Shown: piece after piece, positions 16,781 to 21,860 of the stretch
Position numbering within the stretch: position 1 is the first letter of the stretch
Layout: each line of letters begins with the position of its first letter
Assembly: GCA_044869795.1 (NCBI GenBank)
Contig: JBIOXT010000298.1
Coordinates: forward strand, 1 to 37,015
DNA length: 37,015 bases
Reading direction: 5' to 3'
Source of the DNA: a bacterium
GTDB lineage: Bacteria > Sysuimicrobiota > Sysuimicrobiia > Sysuimicrobiales > Kaftiobacteriaceae
Notes under the pieces: model-generated
Database searches by the model: none
Told to the model about the DNA's origin: nothing
What the model saw: the letters and a program-made list of their open reading frames with translations, nothing else
Translations under genes and position numbers: made by a program

Positions 16781-17794
16781 CTAGATATTCGGTCTCTCCC
16801 CCAGCATTACGGGGACCGGGAAGCTCCGCCCGTCTCTGAGGATCTCCAGCATCACGGTGTCGCCGATGCGCTTGCTGAGGACGTGCGCAGCCAGCCCGCC
16901 GAAGGTGCGGACCGGCCGGCCGTCGATCGCCACGATGATATCCCCGCCGCGCGGCGCATCCCGCGGGGACATGCCCGGCCTGCCACCCCGCAGCCCCGCC
17001 AGTGCCGCCGGGCCGCCGTCGACCACCTCAAAGATCAGCACGCCGCTGCGAACGGGGAGCCCCACCTCGGCGGAGAACTCATCGTCGATCGTTTGGCCCG
17101 TGATCCCCAGCCAGGGATGACGCACGAGCCCGACCCGCATGTCCGGCAGCACGGCCTTCACCGCGTCCGCGGCGACCGACAGGCTGAAGGTTCCGTCGCG
17201 CGCCGTCGCCACGATCACGCCGACGACGTCCCCCCGATCGTTGACCAGCGCGCCGCCGGAGTCGCCGGGGTAGACGGCGGCGGTGGTCCGCAGGTACGGG
17301 GCACCCGGCCGGGCCTCGAAGTCCAGGGTGATGAATGACCCGGCCGATGGGCCGTTCGTGCGGCGCGGGGCCCTTCCGAATGAGGTCACGAGATCCCCTT
17401 CACGCAGCAGCGATGAGTTGCCCAGCACGATCCAGGGCAGCGTCCCCCGCGCATCGACATGGACCAGCGCGAGATCGAAGACCGGATCGGTGCCGACGAC
17501 CCGTGCCGGCATGGATTCACCGTGCTTGAAGAGGACGTCGATGGTGGAGGCCCGCGCCACGACGTGGTGCGCCGTCAGGATCAGCCCGCTGGGATCGATC
17601 ACGATCCCCGACCCGCTGGCGCGGCCGACCCGGCCGTTGCTGTCGAACGTGATGTTGAGCTGGACGACCGCCCGTTCGACCGCATCGACAACCGGCGTGG
17701 GGAGCGCCGTGACCTGGGCGACCGATCCCGCCGGCATTGCCGCCAGCACGGCGGCGGCCAGCGCGACTGCCAGCCAGCGATACCTTGCCTGCAT
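16781..17794 (-). CDS. HtrA/DegP-like S1C serine protease with C-terminal PDZ domain
   Basis: The ORF is open to 17848. ATG 17792-17794 has GAGGTAGG upstream and yields the signal peptide MQARYRWLAVALAAAVLAAMPAGSVAQ. Catalytic triad motifs: TAHHVV, DLALV, GDSGGAL. PDZ domain: GVLIFEVVDGGPAALAGLRGG...GDIIVAIDGRPV. The stop lies 16 nt from the moxR ATG, and the moxR RBS falls in that gap. Confidence 0.85.
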   Translation of the reverse strand: MQARYRWLAVALAAAVLAAMPAGSVAQVTALPTPVVDAVERAVVQLNITFDSNGRVGRASGSGIVIDPSGLILTAHHVVARASTIDVLFKHGESMPARVVGTDPVFDLALVHVDARGTLPWIVLGNSSLLREGDLVTSFGRAPRRTNGPSAGSFITLDFEARPGAPYLRTTAAVYPGDSGGALVNDRGDVVGVIVATARDGTFSLSVAADAVKAVLPDMRVGLVRHPWLGITGQTIDDEFSAEVGLPVRSGVLIFEVVDGGPAALAGLRGGRPGMSPRDAPRGGDIIVAIDGRPVRTFGGLAAHVLSKRIGDTVMLEILRDGRSFPVPVMLGERPNI

Positions 17795-17840
17795 GCCGTG
17801 TCCTACCTCGCCACTTGACTTTGCGACAAGCCGATCATAC

Positions 17841-17946
17841 GCGATCAAAGCGATAAAGGCGATAATAGTTTACTGCCTTCGACGCGTTCCAAGACGCCGT
17901 GGGTTTACCGTTATCGCCGTTATCCCTCTTATCGCTCTTATCCCGT
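17841..17946. repeat. Head-to-head arrays of a 9-nt tandem repeat: GCGAT[C/A]AA[A/G] x3 on the plus strand, a 43-nt spacer, then TTATC[G/C]CNN x4 (the same motif on the minus strand)
   Basis: Read directly. Left arm (17841-17867): GCGATCAAA GCGATAAAG GCGATAATA. Right arm (17911-17946): TTATCGCCG TTATCCCTC TTATCGCTC TTATCCCGT. GGCGATAA pairs perfectly with TTATCGCC. Located between the zwf stop and the htrA start. Confidence 0.8.
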
Positions 17947-17958
17947 AGTTCCGGGGTT

Positions 17959-19479
17959 TTAGTCTCCGCGCCAGCGCCGGCCGTCGCGCTCGAGCATACG
18001 GTTGGCCCCCTGGGGCCCCCACGACCCGGCGGGGTAATTCGGAAACGCGCGCGGCGGGTGCTCGTCCCAGTGTGCGAGCAGCGGATCGACCACCGCCCAC
18101 TGCAGCTCGACCTCGTCGCGGCAGGGCATGAAGCGTTGGTTCCCGCGCAGGGCCTCCAGCAGCAGGTGCTCGTACGGCGGATGCTCGGCCTCGCCGACGG
18201 AGTCGTAGGAAAAATCCAGCAGCACGGTGCGGATCCGGCGGCGGTGGCCGGGCACGCGGGCGCCGAAACTCAGCGAGATGCGCTCGTCGGCGGTGGTGTT
18301 GAGGATCAGGACGTTCGGATCCATCTCCGACATGTCGTAGTCTTTGAACAACCGCAGGGGCGGCTGCCGGAACACGACTGAGACCTCGGTGTCCTTTTCG
18401 GCCATCCGCTTGCCCGCGCGCAGGTAGAACGGTACGCCGGCCCACCGCCAGTTCTCGATCTGCAGGCGCATCGCCACATACGTCGGCGTGTTGGATTCGG
18501 GACTGATGCCCTCTTCTTCCCGGTAGCCCGGCACCGGCTCCCCGTGCATGGTCCCCGGCCCGTACTGCCCGCGCACGGCATCCTCGGGCCGCACCGGAGA
18601 GATCGCGCGCAGGACCTTCGCCTTCTCGTTGTGGAACTCGTCCGCATCGAACACCGTCGGCGGCTCCATCGCCACGATCGCCAGCAGTTGAAAGACATGG
18701 CTCTGCAGGACGTCGCGGACCACGCCCACTTCCTCGTAGAATCGACCCCGTCCACCGATGCCGATGTCCTCGGCAAAGGTGATCTGCACGTTGTCGACAT
18801 AGCGGCGGTTCCAGATCGGCTCGAACACGGTGTTCGCGAAACGGAACACCAGCATGTTCTGGACGGTCTCTCTGCCCAGGTAGTGGTCGATCCGGAAGAT
18901 GTTGTGCTCGCCGACGACGCGATCGATCAACGCGTTCAGGCGTTCCGCCGATGCCTCGTCGTGGCCGAAGGGCTTCTCGATGATCACCCGGTTCCAGCCC
19001 CGTCCGCCGCCGTTACGGTGCACCAGCTCCATGTCGCCCAGCGCGGAGAGGATCCCCTCGAAGGTCGACGGCGGAACGGCGAGGTAGAAGACCCGGTTGC
19101 CGGCGGTCTGATGCAGGTCCTCCACTCGGTCCAGTACCCGGCCGATGTTGCGGTAATCCCCCTCCCGAGCGAAATCGGCGGCGACGTAGTAGAGGCGCTC
19201 GGCGAAGCGGTCCCAGTGGCTGCGCTCCACGAGGTGGTGGATCGACGTGACCGCGTCACGCACCATCTCGCGGAATGCCTCGTCGGTCATCGCACGCCGC
19301 GCCACCCCGACGATCGCGAGCTTGTCGGAGAGCGCGCCCTCGGCAAACAACCGGTACAGGGCCGGCAGCAGCATCCGTTTCGCCAGGTCGCCGGTCGCGC
19401 CGAAGATGATGAACGCGACCGGATCGGGCGCCGCGATCTCCTTGATCTCTGCTTCGGTCTCTTTGGTGCCGAGCTTCAA
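17959..19479 (-). CDS. zwf: Glucose-6-phosphate dehydrogenase
   Basis: 506 aa. Motifs: IFGATGDLAKRMLLPALY (NADP site) and RIDHYLGRETVQNM (G6PD active-site signature). TTG start with AGGGG 6 nt upstream. Confidence 0.93.
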   Translation of the reverse strand: MKLGTKETEAEIKEIAAPDPVAFIIFGATGDLAKRMLLPALYRLFAEGALSDKLAIVGVARRAMTDEAFREMVRDAVTSIHHLVERSHWDRFAERLYYVAADFAREGDYRNIGRVLDRVEDLHQTAGNRVFYLAVPPSTFEGILSALGDMELVHRNGGGRGWNRVIIEKPFGHDEASAERLNALIDRVVGEHNIFRIDHYLGRETVQNMLVFRFANTVFEPIWNRRYVDNVQITFAEDIGIGGRGRFYEEVGVVRDVLQSHVFQLLAIVAMEPPTVFDADEFHNEKAKVLRAISPVRPEDAVRGQYGPGTMHGEPVPGYREEEGISPESNTPTYVAMRLQIENWRWAGVPFYLRAGKRMAEKDTEVSVVFRQPPLRLFKDYDMSEMDPNVLILNTTADERISLSFGARVPGHRRRIRTVLLDFSYDSVGEAEHPPYEHLLLEALRGNQRFMPCRDEVELQWAVVDPLLAHWDEHPPRAFPNYPAGSWGPQGANRMLERDGRRWRGD

Positions 19480-19481
19480 AA

Positions 19482-19510
19482 TTGACCCCTCTCACCCATC
19501 ATGCTAGGAT
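19482..19510 (+). promoter_or_regulatory. Candidate sigma-70-type promoter for tRNA-Pro: TTGACC - 17 nt - TAGGAT
   Basis: The -35 TTGACC is at 19482-19487 and the -10 TAGGAT at 19505-19510, an exact 17-nt spacer. The -10 ends 11 nt before the tRNA 5' end. Confidence 0.5.
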
Positions 19511-19521
19511 GCTCGTGTCAT

Positions 19522-19599
19522 CGGGGCGTAGCGCAGTTTGGCTAGCGCGCGTGGTTTGGGACCACGAGGTCGCCGGTTCAAATCCGGCCGCCCCGACCA
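19522..19599 (+). tRNA. tRNA-Pro (anticodon UGG), CCA encoded
   Basis: CGGGGCG-TA-GCGC-AGTTTGGCTA-GCGC-G-CGTGG-TTTGGGA-CCACG-AGGTC-GCCGG-TTCAAAT-CCGGC-CGCCCCG-A-CCA. The cloverleaf folds by hand. Anticodon TGG. Confidence 0.9.
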
Positions 19600-19613
19600 C
19601 CCTCGTTTCAATA

Positions 19614-20201
19614 CTACCCTTCGGCGGGGGGAGTTTCAGACGTTCCCGCGGCGGCTTTCGGCGCCGCCTTGCTTGCCGCCTCGCGGGCCAGTTCGGTCGT
19701 GCGCTTGGGCCGCATGTCCTGCATCCCGAGGAAGTCCGCCGCAAGGTAGCGCTCGATCAGCTCGCGGATCTGCGCTTCGCGCCCGGCACTGCCCGCCCGC
19801 GCTTCGGCCACCCACGTCTTGTCCACGCGGTAGGTCTTCAGCTGCTTGCCGTCGTGGAAGTGGACAAACGGGTGGTTCTTCGAGTCTTCCAGGACGAGGA
19901 TCTTCACGCTGAGGTTGAGTTTCTTTGCCACGCCGGCCGCCACGTCCAGGATCCACTGCCGCGTCGCGTCCGGCAGCTGACCCGGGCCCGCGCCGATCGT
20001 CGCCGCCACCGTCTGGCCCCGCAGCGGGTTGGGGTCGGCCGGCACGCCCTCACCTTTGATCTGCGCGCGGCGTTTCTTGACGTTGTCCCTGATCTGGTTC
20101 CAGACATCCAGTCCCGCCACCATCGACGCGAAGAGATAGAAGAAGAAGACCGCCAGCGTCAGCGACCAGTACTTCAGGAACGCGCTCAGTGCGTCCGGCA
20201 T
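19614..20201 (-). CDS. Hypothetical membrane-anchored protein
   Basis: 195-aa ORF. One N-terminal TM segment (YWSLTLAVFFFYLFASMVAGLDVW), then a soluble domain and an Ala/Lys/Pro-rich tail. No family recognised. Divergent from ku. Confidence 0.5.
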   Translation of the reverse strand: MPDALSAFLKYWSLTLAVFFFYLFASMVAGLDVWNQIRDNVKKRRAQIKGEGVPADPNPLRGQTVAATIGAGPGQLPDATRQWILDVAAGVAKKLNLSVKILVLEDSKNHPFVHFHDGKQLKTYRVDKTWVAEARAGSAGREAQIRELIERYLAADFLGMQDMRPKRTTELAREAASKAAPKAAAGTSETPPAEG

Positions 20202-20222
20202 CGACCGTTCATCCCTGAATTG

Positions 20223-20292
20223 GGCGCGCCGCGGGTCCCTTCCTTCACTTGTGCTGTATAATACTGGGTACGCTGTTTGCCCGGGGCGCGCC
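20223..20292. promoter_or_regulatory. ku / divergent-gene control region: perfect TATAAT (20257-20262) flanked by two GGCGCGCC palindromes (20223-20230, 20285-20292)
   Basis: Read directly. This is the only AT-rich block (TGTATAATACTG) in the 110-nt divergent intergenic region. No good -35 is present. The reverse strand reads TATTAT. The ku RBS, GGGAGGAAAGG, follows. Confidence 0.3.
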
Positions 20293-20311
20293 GGGAGGAA
20301 AGGATGACGCG

Positions 20312-21136
20312 ATGCGTCCGATCTGGAAGGGACACTTGACCTTTGGCCTCGTCACCATCCCCGTCAAACTCTACACCGCCACCGACTCGAAGGACATCCG
20401 GTTCCGCCTGCTGCACAAGAGCTGCATGACGCCGATCCAAAACAAGCGCTACTGCCCTCACCATGAGGCCATGGTCGACTGGAACGACGTCGTGCGCGCC
20501 TACGAGTACGCGAAGGACAAGTTTGTGCCCGTCACCGAGGAAGAGCTCGACAACGTGCCGCTGGAGACCGCCGGCACGGTGAGCGTCACCGCCTTCGTCA
20601 ACCTGGAAGAGATCGACCCCATCTACTACGAGCGCTCGTACTACCTGGCGCCGGATGAGGGCGGGCAGAAGGCGTTCCGGCTGCTGCACGACGTCCTCGG
20701 TGAGGCGGCGCGGGTCGCCGTCGGCAAGGTGGTCATCAAGGAGAAGGAACACCTCGTCTCCGTCCGGCCGCACGACGGCACGCTGGTGATGGCGATCCTC
20801 TACTACGCGGATGAAGTGCGATCCATCGAGGACATTCCCGAGCTGCCGGTCCAGACAAAGATCCATCCCAACGAGAAGAAGATGGCGCTGCAGCTCGTGG
20901 AAGGCCTCAGCACCACCTTCGACGTGGCGGAGTTCCACGATGACTACCGCGAGGCGCTGCAGAAGGTCATCACCGCGAAGATCGAGGGCGAAGAAGTCGT
21001 CGGCCTCCCTGCCAGGAAGGAAACCAAAGTCGTCGACCTGATGGATGCCCTGCGGCGCAGCCTGCAGACGACCGCGAAGGAGAAACCCGCCCGCCGGCCA
21101 CGCTCGGCCGCTCCACGCGCCGCCGCGCGTCGCTGA
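20312..21136 (+). CDS. ku: Ku protein (NHEJ DNA-end-binding)
   Basis: The ORF is open from 20249, but the family start is ATG 20312 (MRPIWKGHLTFGLVTIPVKLYTAT) with GGGAGGAAAGG upstream. Basic C-terminal tail: KPARRPRSAAPRAAARR. Confidence 0.92.
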   Translation: MRPIWKGHLTFGLVTIPVKLYTATDSKDIRFRLLHKSCMTPIQNKRYCPHHEAMVDWNDVVRAYEYAKDKFVPVTEEELDNVPLETAGTVSVTAFVNLEEIDPIYYERSYYLAPDEGGQKAFRLLHDVLGEAARVAVGKVVIKEKEHLVSVRPHDGTLVMAILYYADEVRSIEDIPELPVQTKIHPNEKKMALQLVEGLSTTFDVAEFHDDYREALQKVITAKIEGEEVVGLPARKETKVVDLMDALRRSLQTTAKEKPARRPRSAAPRAAARR

Positions 21137-21844
21137 GTGGCGCAGTTCCGCGGGGGGACGTCGGGCTTCAGCTATCCCGAGTGGAAGGGCACCTTCTACC
21201 CCGCCGGTGTGGCGGCCGACGGGATGTTAAAGCACTACGCGTCGGTCTTCCCGACGGTCGAAATCAACAATACGTTCTACCGGTATCCCAAGGACGAGAA
21301 CCTGCGGCAGTGGGCCGCCGCCGTGCCCGCCGGCTTCCGCTTCAGCATCAAAGCGCACCGCCGGATCACCCATCACAAGCGGCTGAAAGACACCGACAGC
21401 GACGTGGCCTTCCTCTACGAGCGGATGCTGGCGCTCGGCCCGCAGATGGGTCCCCTGCTCTTCCAGCTGCCGCCGACGCTGCGCGCCGATCTCGCGGTGC
21501 TGGAGACCTTCCTGGGACAACTCCGCCCGGGCCCGCCGGTGACCATGGAGTTCCGCCACGCCTCGTGGGCGACCGATGCGACGTACGCGCTGCTCGACCG
21601 GTACCGCGTCTCGCTGTGCCTCGCCGAAACGGACGAGCAGGCGGCGCCGGCCGTGGTCGTCGGACCCATCGCCTACGTCCGGCTGCACAAGTCCGGCTAC
21701 GATGACGCCGCCCTCTGGCGGTGGGCAGAATGGATACGGGAGCGCCTCCGCGAGGGCCGCGATACCTTCGCCTACTTCACCCACGAGGAGGGCGCTCCGG
21801 CCACCGACTACGCGCGCACCCTGACCACGCTGGTCAACGGCTGA
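21137..21844 (+). CDS. DUF72 (UPF0759, YecE-like) domain-containing protein
   Basis: 235 aa. The GTG at 21137 directly abuts the ku TGA (21134-21136). N-terminal signature: GTSGFSYPEWKGTFYP ... LKHYASVFPTVEINNTFYRYP ... FEFRHASW-like MEFRHASW. Confidence 0.88.
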   Translation: MAQFRGGTSGFSYPEWKGTFYPAGVAADGMLKHYASVFPTVEINNTFYRYPKDENLRQWAAAVPAGFRFSIKAHRRITHHKRLKDTDSDVAFLYERMLALGPQMGPLLFQLPPTLRADLAVLETFLGQLRPGPPVTMEFRHASWATDATYALLDRYRVSLCLAETDEQAAPAVVVGPIAYVRLHKSGYDDAALWRWAEWIRERLREGRDTFAYFTHEEGAPATDYARTLTTLVNG

Positions 21845-21860
21845 GAGGACCAAGACGACG

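Noticed and set aside
17841-17946. Possibility that the tandem-repeat loci (17841-17946, 28143-28225, 23554-23715, 36915-36950) are CRISPR arrays
   Set aside because: The units are only 7-9 nt, directly abutting, with no unique spacers. No cas genes are present in the window.
20252-20268. LexA/SOS box at the ku promoter (CTGTATAATACTGG)
   Set aside because: The right half reads ACTGG rather than ACAG, so it is not the CTGT-N8-ACAG palindrome. It does not match the CGAAC-N4-GTTCG type either.
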